Source: Hyphochytrium catenoides (taxonomy: Eukaryota > Protista > Hyphochytriomycota). From it: a DNA stretch of 64,000 nt. The notes under the pieces are model-generated. The model made no database searches, was not told the origin of the DNA, and saw only the letters and a program-made list of their open reading frames with translations. The position numbers and the translations under genes were made by a program. Of the stretch, positions 1 to 11,119 are shown one piece after another. The stretch is from NCBI GenBank assembly GCA_900088475.1, contig FLMG01000823.1, forward strand, positions 1-64,000, written 5' to 3'. Position 1 is the stretch's first letter. Each line of letters opens with the position of its first letter.

Positions 1-156
1 AGAGAGAGAGAGAGAGGAGAGCGCGCGAGAGAGAAAGAGATACAGAGTGGATATACAGAGGGAAATGGAGAGGAGTGACACGCAATCGGCGATGTCATGA
101 GGTGAGAGGTGAAAGAGTTGATGATAGACAGAGAGGAGAATGGAAAAGGAGAGAGA
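1..156. repeat. (AG)n microsatellite / GA-rich low-complexity sequence
   Basis: Pure agagag run at the window start, followed by GA-rich sequence. Confidence 0.8.
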
Positions 157-631
157 CGGTGTCTGTCTAGTGGAGCTGGCTTTCCCTACACCGCTTGTCC
201 AGTTTCTCACATAGAAACAGCTTCAGTTCACCCAGTGCACGGTGGAGCACTGTGAAGTTTGGGGGAAAGTAACAGAGATTGTTTGAGACGCAGATGCGCT
301 ACCATCTTCATTATTGCCAAGCTCAATGGGACGCTGAGATCGGTGCTTTATTGAGATAGACCAGCCGTCTTTTTGGTGGCACAGAGGTCAATTGACTGTG
401 CCCCATCCCAGCTCTGTCGTCTCACTCTCTCTAAGGCGGGCGGTGTGGCCTGAGACCTCAGGAACAGTGGTCCCTTTCCATAGACTTCCGTCGCTATAGC
501 CTCTCTTGCTATGGATCGCTAACTGGATAAAAGGAACGCTACAACGGAAGTGCTTTCAGCTCCGTCAGCGCCTCTTCTTGGAGGTTCCTGGGTCTCTTTC
601 TCACTCTTACTCTGTCTCTGGGTTCAGCACG

Positions 632-3288
632 ATGGAGGATTTAGGTAAGATGGATGTTGAATAACTCTGGCACTCTATCTCTATTCTTCTCTTTGTCTCA
701 AAAATTATCTTTCTCCTTAAATCTCATTATAGGTAACACCGGATGTGGAAGTCTCTCTTCTCTAGCTTGTTCCTGTTCCTTCCATTTAGCTCTCTGCCTC
801 TCTCTTGACACTCTCTCTTCCTCAGACATAACATCTCTCTGTCGTCTTGAGTCCCTTCTTTTGTTGGACCTTCATCAACTGTTTACACTGACGCTTTCTC
901 TCTTCTCTATCAGGGAGTTCCTCTCTCTCTCTCCGCCGTCACCTCGGCGACAATGGTGTCTCGAGCAGCGCGAACTCGATCTTCTACTTCTCGGTAGTGA
1001 TATTCTTCATTGTCTTCCTCTGCATCGCATGCAGACTTTGCAAGAGATTCGCGATCCAGGATGGAGAGCTAGGGACCAATTACTTTGGAGCCGCAGGGTA
1101 AGACAAGAAGGAAGTTTTACCTGAGAAGACGTCAAGAACGGGGGAAAAGGGTCACGAGAGCAAGGATGTAGACTGCGACACTTTAGCCTGGACTGTCTCT
1201 ATGTACCGCTTACTTTCCATCCATCTCCCTCTCTCTTCCTTCTCTTCATTTCTCTCGCTATGTGGTAACATTCTGATTCTCACTCCCTGCATTACTCTTA
1301 CAGAGGCATCCAAGATGCGGTTGCTGTCAATCGTCGAGATGTATTCTATGGGTAAGAAGGATCTGAATCCTCTCCTGCGTAGCTCTCTTTGAAGGCGTTT
1401 GCCTCTCCCTCTCTCTCATAGTATCTCTTTCTTCTCTTGCATCCTCTCTCTCTCTCTCTTTACACCTCCGCTATTCTTCTAATCACCGCTGTTCTTTTTC
1501 CCCCTTTCTATACCTCTAATCTGTCCCTTAACTCTGGTGGGCATATCTAGTGAGGACACGGAGATGTGGTGCTGTGAGATCTGCGAGCATAGCAACGTCA
1601 AGAAGGTCTCGTCCTGCATTCTCTGCGGAGCGGAGAGAGGTAGCTACCACTCTTGTCTTTCTGCTCTAAAATTATTTTAGGAAGGGAGGAACTGCATGTC
1701 ACATCTGCCTCTTTGCATGTCTCCGACTCTGACCGAGAAGGCTTCCTGCCTTGTAGCGCGGACAAGCTGGCATGCTCACTCACTCTTTACAGCTACAGTG
1801 GGGAGCATCTCACTGTCCTTCTCGTCTTCTTTTCTGTTTCGCATTTGAGCCTGATGAAGCATTCATGCTCTCTCTCTCTTTTAGTACACCTTACTAAACT
1901 GTGCTCTGCCTTGTTGAAACAACAGAGTTCAAGTTCCGTGACTCTTGCTTCTCTCTGGCTGTGACACCGGTCGAGGGATCGAGCAGCTCCACCTCCACCG
2001 CCAACTATACGAGCTTTGCAGAGTCTAGGAAGAGGAGGTTTCTCAAAAAGTTTGGAGCCATGCTCACCAAACGCCAGCGACTAGCAAGGTACGACGCTTT
2101 TGGAAAGCGGCACATCTACAAAATGAATGACAGATAGAGGACACACAGAGCGCAAAACACAAAGAGAGAGAGACAGAGAGATATAGGGAAGAATGTGTGG
2201 GCCTCTAAAGTTGACATTATGATACTCTTGTTATCCAGGCATCGCAGGGACTGGGTACGAAAGGTGAACAATGAGGGAAGATTCTACTGGGAGAAGCAAC
2301 GAACGACTCTTACGCCTCGGCGAAGTGTTGACATGGAGTCTTACACGAGCACTAAGGAGTTGGAGAGGGGAAGAGGCCGCTCCTCTGTCTTCTTCGTGAC
2401 AGAGCTGGCTATCTCTCCCTCCCGCCTTAGTGGGCGCCTCACCCTGACTGAGGTCTCCCGCGCCACTCCTGCGATCAATCTGAAGGGAAAAGAGATCACT
2501 AAGCAGGACATGGAGACACTAGAAATAGTCTCTTCCCTACCTTTCGCGGATAAGTACGCCTGGTTCCTGAAGCAATGCTCTCTCCTTCTCAAGTCAGGAG
2601 AGGACGGCCATCTGAAGATGCGGATTCATAGAGAAAACATTCTGAGAGAGAGTATTGAACAGCTCCTAGGCATCCAACAGCAGCACATTCATCTCCCTCT
2701 CCGCTTAGAGTTCATAGGAGAAAGCGGGGTGGATGCAGGCGGGATAGGCAGAGAGTGGTACACTCTTCTGACAGAGCAGATCTTTAACGATGAGAACGGT
2801 CTCTTCCGTGCTTGCAAGCTGGAGAACCCATCCTACACCATCAACCCGGACTCTAAGAGTTATACGCCGGACCATCTGCACTATTTCAGAGGAATTGGAA
2901 GGCTGTTAGGGAGAGGACTCCTCGAGGGACACCTCTCGAAGGCACATATCTCTCTCTCTCTTCTGAAGCACTTCCTCGGCGCGCCAATGTCTTTTAGAGA
3001 CCTGGAGTTTCTAGATGAGGATCTCTATCGCTCTCTCTTGTGGATGAAGAAGAATTCGATGGTAGAGTCTCTTTCTCTCGACTTCACAGTGATGGAAGAG
3101 AGGGGAGGGAGATTTGAACAAGTGGACCTCATACCTGGGGGCTCCCAAGTGGAAGTGACGGACGCGAACAAGCACGAATATATCAACGCCCGTTTCCGGT
3201 ACGCAATGTTAGACAGCATCCAGGAGCAGCTCAAGTACCTAGTTATGGGACTCTTTGAGGTACGTAGCAGGAGAGAAGTTCTTCTCTT

Positions 3289-3320
<32 letters not shown>

Positions 3321-3970
3321 TCCCCTCTCCCTTCTTTTGCTACTTTTCTCTCTCCTCTCTTCAGCTCCCTGATCGATGGATCCCAGGATCCCTAGACCAT
3401 GTCCCACTGAATTCTGTGCGGCAGTATGACTGCATTTTCAGCTGTAACTATGTTCTCTCCTCTCCTATTTCTTTCACTATGTGTCCCCAAGACCGGGCGG
3501 GTCCACTTAAGCTCATTCTTCCACCTGCGTTCCCCTAGGTCATCCCGCAGGAGCTGATCCTGATCTTTGACTATCAAGAGCTGGAGCTCGTCCTTTCCGG
3601 TGTCCCTGACATTGACGTGGATGACTGGGAGCAGAACTACGAGTGCACTGATAACCTTCGGGGAACAGACCTTCTAGGATGGTTCTGGGAGACGATCAGA
3701 AAGTTCTCGTCCGCAGAGAGAGCCAAGTTCTTACAGTTCTGCACTGGTTCTTCTCGTGTTCCTCCTCAAGGCTTCAGAGCGTTGACGTCCTATGACGGTC
3801 GCGTGTGCATCTTCCAGCTGCGAGGCATTCCTTTGGAGTCTAACGCTTATCCTCGAGCTCACACGTGCTTCAACCGAATAGACCTGCCGCTGTATAACAC
3901 CAAGGAAGAGCTGGTCGAGGCGCTCAACCTGGTGATCAATATGGAGTTTACTGGCTTCTCAGAAGATTAG
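632..3970 (+). CDS. Membrane-anchored HECT-type E3 ubiquitin ligase (N-terminal TM helix, RanBP2-type zinc finger, C-terminal HECT domain); about 7 exons
   Basis: Hand-spliced GT-AG exons at ~632-644, 914-1097, 1304-1351, 1551-1639, 1926-2088, 2240-3259 and 3539-3970 join in frame. TM segment SIFYFSVVIFFIVFLCIAC; zinc finger WCCEICEHSNVKKVSSCILC; HECT motifs FIGESGVDAGGIGREWY, FLQFCTGSSRVP and catalytic PRAHTCFNRIDLP. Confidence 0.92.
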
Positions 3971-4560
3971 AATAGATAGGAACAAGCAGGAAAGAGAGAG
4001 AGAGATTGAACAAAAGAGAGAGAGAGAGAGAGATCGGGAGAGAGACAAGCGAGAGGGACCCCTCTCTGTACCATAGCCCTACTAGGCAGAGCCTTAAACC
4101 AATAGAGTTCTTTTATTTATTCTCTTAATCATGGACCAGACAGCGCGAGCAATGTCACCCTCTCCTCCGGTTCTAACAGAGACTTACTGCTTCGTCCCAT
4201 GAACTGAGCATACGACTTCCTGAGAGCACATAAAGCCCACTGGCACTAAGAAAAATGGGGCCCAGGCCAAGCTTCAGACTCAAGAGCAGCACAAGGGCAG
4301 ACAGCATACAGACAAAGCCTCTGCTCTAACGGAGCTACTGCTTGGACCGCACGTGCTTCCACTTTCCATTGTCGCCTTTTATGGCCCAAGACCTTCTACT
4401 ACCTCGTACGTCGAAGATAACAACGTCAGTTGCATCCTCTCAACCTCGTCTCACAAGGAAGATAACCTGCTGAGGCCGATAAGTCCTGGTAGCAGCTGGA
4501 AGCATGCGGAAGCTCTGGGCTTCTACTCCTACCAGCCTGACAAGCCAGAGCAAACAGGGA

Positions 4561-4626
4561 GCAGCAGCAGCAGCAGCAGGAAGAACAGCAGCAGCAGGAG
4601 CCGCAGCAGCAGCAGCAGCAGCAGCA
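4561..4626. repeat. (AGC)n trinucleotide microsatellite
   Basis: Interrupted gcagcagca runs. Confidence 0.8.
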
Positions 4627-4885
4627 AGGACGAAGCGAAAAAGTCGTGTCAGGAGGCAGACTGAGATACTGTGGGTTTGATAGGCAACTCTTTAAGCCTT
4701 AGGTTCTCTTGACACACACCTTAATACCCATAGTAAGCACCATCATAGCCTTATTACAGGAGCCAAGGGGAATGTGGGTAATACGGGTAGGTCCTAATAA
4801 CAAGGAGAACGGTATACCCTCCTTCCCATATCCCTATACCCATGACCCAGGTACCATGTACTGGGGAAGCGTTACATAAGAAGCC

Positions 4886-4889
4886 TTCT

Positions 4890-4921
<32 letters not shown>

Positions 4922-5006
4922 NNNNNNNNNNNNNNNNNNNNNNNNNNNNNCTCTCCCTCTTTCTCTCTCTCCCTCTCTCTCTCCCTCTCTCTCTCTCTTT
5001 CTCTCT
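4886..5006. repeat. (CT)n microsatellite spanning an assembly gap (N at 4922-4950)
   Basis: CT runs flank the N run on both sides. Confidence 0.85.
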
Positions 5007-5623
5007 CGTCTCTTACGTTTGTCGCCTCTAAGAAGCTTCTTACCTTGTTGTTCGCTCGCTGCATGATCTTTCGCCATTGTTCTTCTAAAGGCCCTTGTCT
5101 TAGTCCCTTGCCCTCTTCACTTCCCTTGGGCCCCATACTGGCTGCATGTGCACCATGAGGGAAGGAGACACAGCTGCCTGGAAGGTGAGGAGCCTCCTTC
5201 CCTCTTCAAACAAGGGTGTGAGACTCTAAGAAAAGGCGCTTCTGAATGAGAAATCCATGTGCAGTGTTCGTCCTTCGCTGGTCCTTCCCGCTCCCTTATA
5301 CTAAGAAGGAAGGAGTCTCAAAAGGATCCTGCGCCTGCCTTCCTTGTTCTGCCTCCTCTCATCCCTCTCTCAACTCCTTATCCTTGCTCATGATCTGCAG
5401 TCCGTTCCTTAGCAACTAGACCTTACTCTACGCCCTTGCTGCCCTGTTAAAGCCCTTCCTCCTAACGTGAAGTAAGAACTAATAAGCAAGATCCGAAGGC
5501 GCTCAGTTGACAATTTCCTAAAGAGAACGTCCTGCACAGCCCGCATATAATCCTTGCTATCTTTCTTCGGAAGAGTCATCGAAGTAACAAGTCTTGCCTT
5601 TGGCCCTCCATCCCCTAACCAAC

Positions 5624-6718
5624 ATGAACACCATCACCGGTTCTCAGACGCAATCAAGTGACCTTCATCACCATCAGAAAGATCCAGACCTGGCTGGTCG
5701 TGGCCTCGCTGGACCAGAGGAGGAAGATGACATTAGAAGTGGCAGAGGAACTGGACGATGCAACTGCCCGCCAAACCAGTGCAAATGCCCTACTACTTCT
5801 TCCGCTTCGTCGTCGTCTAACGCCCAATGCGATGTCTGTCAGCCAACTCTCGCTCGCTCCGCTGAAGGCGCGGAGAGAGGAGTGATGGAGCACATGACTG
5901 AAGAGGAGACTATCACTAGACCAGCAGTGGTAAAGGAGGTAGTCCACCACAAGCACATACATGTCATCCAGCCAGTCGTGACACGTGAGGTAGAGGTGCA
6001 GCACGTCGTGCACCACAGAGTAGTGAAGAACCAACATGAAGGAACTAGAGCCATCGATGAGGGAACCTGCAGTTGCCCTGCAGGCACGCATAACCTCGGT
6101 GAACACGCCCAATGGCTCAATTCAGGCAAAACGACTAGCGGCCTCAAGAGAAGTGGCTCCTCGTCTAGCTCTTCTTCGTCCTCCTCTGATGAAGAAGGCA
6201 GGGAAGGAAGAAGAGAGAGAGTAGGCAGAAGAAAAGACAAGACGACCACAATGGGGACTGCCGTCTCCGGAGGAGCTACTACCGGTGGCCCAACCGGCTT
6301 GGTAGGAGGAACTCACCATCAAGAAGCTCCCAGAGTGACAGGACACCATGAAGGCGCAGCTCCAACGGGTCTCACGGGCAACCAGCCCCCAACAGCCACC
6401 AGTTCCACCGTTAGCCAAACTTCTAGCGCCTCATCTGCTGTCCCAGCCACAACCGGCACTGGACTCACTGGTATGGGCCAACAAGGTACGACGGGAACCG
6501 GCCTGACGGGGCAGCAACAACGCACTGGCTTGACTGGTTTCACTCCTGGTCATCACGCTGGCGGTACCAGCACGGGCCTGACTGGGCCACAGACGACCAC
6601 AGGTACTACTGCCAGTGGCATGACGGGAGGAGGAGTACAAGGCGCTGAGACTCAACATAAGGAGAAGAGGTCATTAGGAGAGAAGATCAAGACCCTTTTT
6701 AAGGGCCATCACGAGTAA
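5624..6718 (+). CDS. Dehydrin-like hydrophilic protein, paralog 1 (Cys-rich N-terminus, His/Val core, S-segment, Gly/Thr region, K-like C-terminus)
   Basis: Intronless ORF from ATG 5624. Motifs: GPEEEDDI; PAVVKEVVHHKHIHVIQPVVTREVEVQHVVHH; GLKRSG-S10-DEE; TGLTG repeats; C-terminal EKRSLGEKIKTLFKGHHE. Confidence 0.85.
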   Translation: MNTITGSQTQSSDLHHHQKDPDLAGRGLAGPEEEDDIRSGRGTGRCNCPPNQCKCPTTSSASSSSNAQCDVCQPTLARSAEGAERGVMEHMTEEETITRPAVVKEVVHHKHIHVIQPVVTREVEVQHVVHHRVVKNQHEGTRAIDEGTCSCPAGTHNLGEHAQWLNSGKTTSGLKRSGSSSSSSSSSSDEEGREGRRERVGRRKDKTTTMGTAVSGGATTGGPTGLVGGTHHQEAPRVTGHHEGAAPTGLTGNQPPTATSSTVSQTSSASSAVPATTGTGLTGMGQQGTTGTGLTGQQQRTGLTGFTPGHHAGGTSTGLTGPQTTTGTTASGMTGGGVQGAETQHKEKRSLGEKIKTLFKGHHE

Positions 6719-6773
6719 TGAGAGAGAGAGAAGAAAGAAGAGAGAGAGATAAGAGAGAGAGAGAGAGAGAGAG
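6719..6773. repeat. (AG)n microsatellite immediately after the stop codon of paralog 1
   Basis: Direct observation. Confidence 0.8.
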
Positions 6774-8289
6774 ATGGGCTCCATTGCCCTGAAAAAAGAC
6801 GAACAAAGAAGAAATGTATGATAGTTCAGCGCATCACTGGTGCCATATGTTAATTGGACAATAATCCCCATCACTGACTCATTCTTCCGCGACCCTTAGT
6901 TGTCATTGTTGGCATCTTCTATGATCTTCTTCCAATCGCTATTTTGATGTGCAGTTCCGCGCCACTACGGCGCCACATAGAGAAGAACGTGGAGGTTACG
7001 TATCGACTGTTGGCACTCCTGAGTTAAGGTGAGGATGTCTTAGGACTTGGACAGAGGGAAGCTTTAGGATCGCCGTGTTTGCCATCGACATGCTGACAGA
7101 ACTCAAAAGGAGTTCACGCTCTCTAGAGACATAATATTCGTCTTCAACCTCTATCAAAGCTAGCGCGATCGAGAGAGAGAGAGAGAGAGAAGAAGAAGAC
7201 AGAGCTAGCCACGGCAGGGTAGTAGACTGTTTTCGTTATGTTATTTACTATTAGCGTGTAAATACTCAGCAGATGCTGTTGTCCCTTCTTTCAGTCTCTC
7301 GCATCGCGCAGCCCCGATAAATTCCTTCTCCCTTTCGTCTCGCACTTCTGAGCCAACCTCCATCCTCTTTAAACCCCCAGTGCCTCTTGACGACTCAATA
7401 TATTGGCCCCGCTCCATCCCTTGTGGAACTTGTCCACTCTTTGCCCAGGGTAGTTACTCTGAGCACTTCTATCACTCTCAAACGCCCATTCCTATAAGAC
7501 TCGTGCATCAACCAAGAGATATAATGGTGTGGCTCTTGCGGCTTCTCGGCGCAGCACCAGGAGAACAGTGGCCGTTCGCCAGGTGACAATGTGACGGGTG
7601 TTGTCGGCTACCTATTTACACTGGCTCAAACCATCAGCGGCTCACCAATCTGACATTATTAGCACGCTCTTGCCACATTATCGCGGCTTCAGCCTGACCG
7701 CAATGGATGATCATCAGCCGGCAAAGAAAAGCACGAACGGCGTACACAGATTAAAAAATAAGTCCAACCGCAACTGAGATCCTTGTTGATGGTACTTTAT
7801 CTCCTCTGCACAGATCAGTCTATCTCTATGTGCTCTCTACTCACTTTTGCCACGTCCAGGAGGAGACATGACGCGTGGCGCTAATCGCTGTTCTCAGAGC
7901 TCCATGCAGGGGAAAGAGCCATGCATGCACCTACCCTCACAAGGCCACCGACCACTTGCTCCAGGCTGCAGCGGTGGGCCTACAGCTGCTCGCAGCGCGT
8001 CCTACTGTTCCTTGCTTATGATTGGAAGCTCGTCGTTCTCTTGGACATAAGTAATACTGAGAAAGTGGCTGAGTCCTATATGTCTGTTGGCCGTCTGGCG
8101 TTTGGACGCTAAGTGTGGGACAGCGATCAGGATTGAGGGTCGCTTTCTTCACTTTTTCCTCCTTGTTCCTTCTCTCCTTCGGCTCTGTTCCCCAACTTGG
8201 ATCTTCTTCCTATGTCGCATCATGTTCGTTCATGAGTTCTCTCTCTCGTCTTTCTCTCTGCTCACATCCTTCTTTGTTGTCTGGCACCT

Positions 8290-8546
8290 TTTTCTCTTCA
8301 CACACTCTCTTTCCCTCTCCCTTTCTCTCTTTCTCTCTCGCTTCACTCTTCTCTCTCACTTCACTCTTTCTCTCTCGCTTCTCTCTCTCTTTCTCTCTTT
8401 CTCTCTCGCTTCACTCTTTCTCTCTCATTTCACTCTTTCTCTCTCGCTTCTCTCTTTCTCTCTCTTTTTCTCTTTCTTGGTCTCTTCCTCTCTCTTTCTC
8501 GGTCTCTTTCTTTTTCTTTCTCTTTCTCTCTCTCTCTCTCTCTCTC
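8290..8546. repeat. CT-rich micro/minisatellite with recurring tctctctcgcttcactcttt units
   Basis: Pyrimidine-rich tract with internally repeated units; it generates the spurious Leu/Ser/Phe ORFs in the track. Confidence 0.8.
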
Positions 8547-9883
8547 AACCTTTGCAGGTGGCTCGCTCTGTCTCACCTCTATTGTGAGATCTTTACACAT
8601 CCTGTCTTCCTTCGTTCCTTCTTTTGGCCCTTTTGTACGCCTAAGAACAGGAAGTAACCTTCCTTCCTTGTCATGCAGGTCGTTACGTCCTGGATTCCGA
8701 AATTAAAAGCAACCACTCCTCTTTCAAAGAATGAAAACCGAATAAGGAAAGTCCATTGGATTCAGTTTGATTATATGATGGTGTTGTTCTCCAGTAAAGA
8801 AAATAGCCTTCATGGCCGGAGGTAATAGTGAGGTACCGAATTGAGCCCTTTCAACAAGTTTCTGATTCTGATCTTTCTCATGTTTCTCTTGATCTTCTTC
8901 TCTTCTTCTTCCTTCGCTCTCCTCTCTCCTCTCCAGCCTTCTTTCCTGTCCTGTCCTCATCGTGTTGTTGGCCCTTGCCAGCTTTTGCACAGAAGGTAGC
9001 AGGAGCAAGAAGGAGAGGCTTCTTCCTTGCATGATGGCGTCAGCGGCAGCGACAGTCAAATGATCTTGACATGCCTCTGCTTGAGCTAGTCAAAATGAGC
9101 GATCTGAGCACTGAAGCAAGGAACATCGAGGTCAGAAGAGAGAGAGGGAAGTGCACGAACTCGCCACGTTCTTTGCTGCTCGTTCTTTCCCCTTTAGAAC
9201 TTCGCCTTTCCTCCATTCTCCAGACCATTGCCTTATCCGCTGTGATCAGGCTGTCCAGCAGGTGGATCGATCTTTCTGGTCATTCCCGCAAAATTAGGTT
9301 GTCGCGTTCCTTCTTCGTTTGTCTCTATTCGCTTTCTTTGTTCACTCAGCTATGGAGAATAGTGAATAGGCAAGGAAGATGTAAGGAGAGAGTGGTAAGG
9401 CTTTATAGACGGATAATAAGAGGGAGCAACGCTGGAGAAGAGGGAATAGATCTAGGAGGAAGAAAGCGTACATAGGATGCAGCACTTCTCATTGCATTGT
9501 CGTTCATAGAACTCCATTCTGAGAAGCAGAGAAGTAACCGGCGAAAGGGCAAGAAGAAGATGCACCGACCCTTTTCCTTCTCTGGTATTCTGCCTTTGTC
9601 CCGTTCTCTTTATCCCTTTCCTTCTTGTCTATGAGCTTCTCTTTATGTCGCTCCTTATCCTGTCTTTTCTCTCGTTTCTATATATCTCTCTCTCTCTCTC
9701 TCTTTGTCTCCCTCTCTCTGCTCATACCTGTGAGCTAGCCGAAGAAGCCTACCTGTCTTCGACCAGGCAGCTGGCACGAGCGTTCTTTCCCCTCATTATC
9801 AAACTTCCAAGCAACATCAAAGATTCAATCTTAAGCAACGATATCTACGAGCATACAGCAGACTTTTATATTATCTAAGAACC

Positions 9884-10684
9884 ATGAACGCTCTTTTCGG
9901 AAGCCGCAACGAGACCAACCAACAGAACCCCCAGGCCACCAAGGACCCAAACCTTGCCCGCGACCGGGCCGGCCCTGAGGAGGAGGATGACATCAACAGA
10001 CGCCAGACTGCAGGCGTAGCAGGCACTGGCCTGGGATCTTCTACCACTGGCACTCAACAAACTAGTGGCGTGACTGGCACCCACCACACCGGCCTCCCTG
10101 GCACCCACCACGGCACTGGTACGGTGCAGCACCTCAAGGAGAGAGATGTTGTCGTAGAGCAGCCTGCAGTGGTCAATGAGATTGTCCACGACAAGAACGT
10201 CCATGTAGTGCAGCCAGTCGTTAACAGACAGGTTGAGGTTGAGCACGTGAAGCACCATCAGGTGGAGAGGACCGAGCACGAGGGCAAGAGAGTCATTGAT
10301 GAGGGACATGTAGCTGGTGCCCCTGCTGGCTACCATGGTGGAGAGAGGGGGCTGGGCAGCCGTCTGCAGAGAAAGGGCTCCTCTTCATCATCTTCTTCTG
10401 ATGACGAGAAGAGGAGAACTGGCACCACCCACAGAAAGACTGGGACTACGGCTGCTGGCACTACCGGCGGCCTTACTGGACACCACACTACCGGCACTGG
10501 CCTCACTGGTCACTCAACGACCGGCGCTACCGGCACTGGTTTGACTGGCCACCCTACCACTGGCACTACCGGCACTGGTCTAGCTGGCCATTCTACTACC
10601 GGCACTACCGGCACCACCACCACGGAGCCACACCATAAGACCATGGGCGAGAAGATCAAGGATGTCTTCAAGGGACATAAGTAA
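9884..10684 (+). CDS. Dehydrin-like hydrophilic protein, paralog 2
   Basis: Intronless 266-aa ORF. Motifs: GPEEEDDI; PAVVNEIVHDKNVHVVQPVVNRQVEVEHVKHH; RLQRKG-S7-DDE; TGTGLTGH repeats; C-terminal HKTMGEKIKDVFKGHK. Confidence 0.9.
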   Translation: MNALFGSRNETNQQNPQATKDPNLARDRAGPEEEDDINRRQTAGVAGTGLGSSTTGTQQTSGVTGTHHTGLPGTHHGTGTVQHLKERDVVVEQPAVVNEIVHDKNVHVVQPVVNRQVEVEHVKHHQVERTEHEGKRVIDEGHVAGAPAGYHGGERGLGSRLQRKGSSSSSSSDDEKRRTGTTHRKTGTTAAGTTGGLTGHHTTGTGLTGHSTTGATGTGLTGHPTTGTTGTGLAGHSTTGTTGTTTTEPHHKTMGEKIKDVFKGHK

Positions 10685-11119
10685 ACAGTTTAACCAGTGG
10701 ACATACAGGCGGTGTACTCTGTCCAACTCTCTTCTTCCTCTTCTCTTTCTTTCCTTTTTTGACGAGCCGAGTTATAGCCCTGCCATCTCTTTTTTTGGCG
10801 ATGTCTTCCTTTCTTTTGGTCCTTTCCCAGTAGTTGTAGGACGTCTAAGGAATAACTAGCTAAATGAAGTGGCAGCATGAAGCATCTTCATCTCTTTTTA
10901 CTCTCAATAGTCTGGCTCCTGTCCACATTCTCCCTCAACGCTACAGCGCGGCTGAAGCATTTGTCTGACCGAGAGGGAGTGTAGAAGACTTACCTTTAGA
11001 AGATGGTCTTTTCTTATTCTTAGCATGGACACTAGTGTTTCATGTGGGCCCTAACCTTCCACTCATCCGACAGTTGGTCGTCTCTGCTTCTTATTATCTT
11101 CTTCCTTAGATGCAGCCAG

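Noticed and set aside
4353-4664. ORF with poly-Ser, considered as a fifth dehydrin-like gene
   Set aside because: The Ser run comes from a pure (AGC)n microsatellite; there is no ATG start, core module or K-like segment.
5545-5550. TATA-like words upstream of the dehydrin-like genes (also ~9679 and ~17676)
   Set aside because: Spacing is inconsistent and I could not see a shared extended promoter motif.
8087-8657. Leu/Ser/Phe-rich 'membrane' ORFs, also at 11908-12375 and 4754-5136
   Set aside because: Translations of CT/AG microsatellites.
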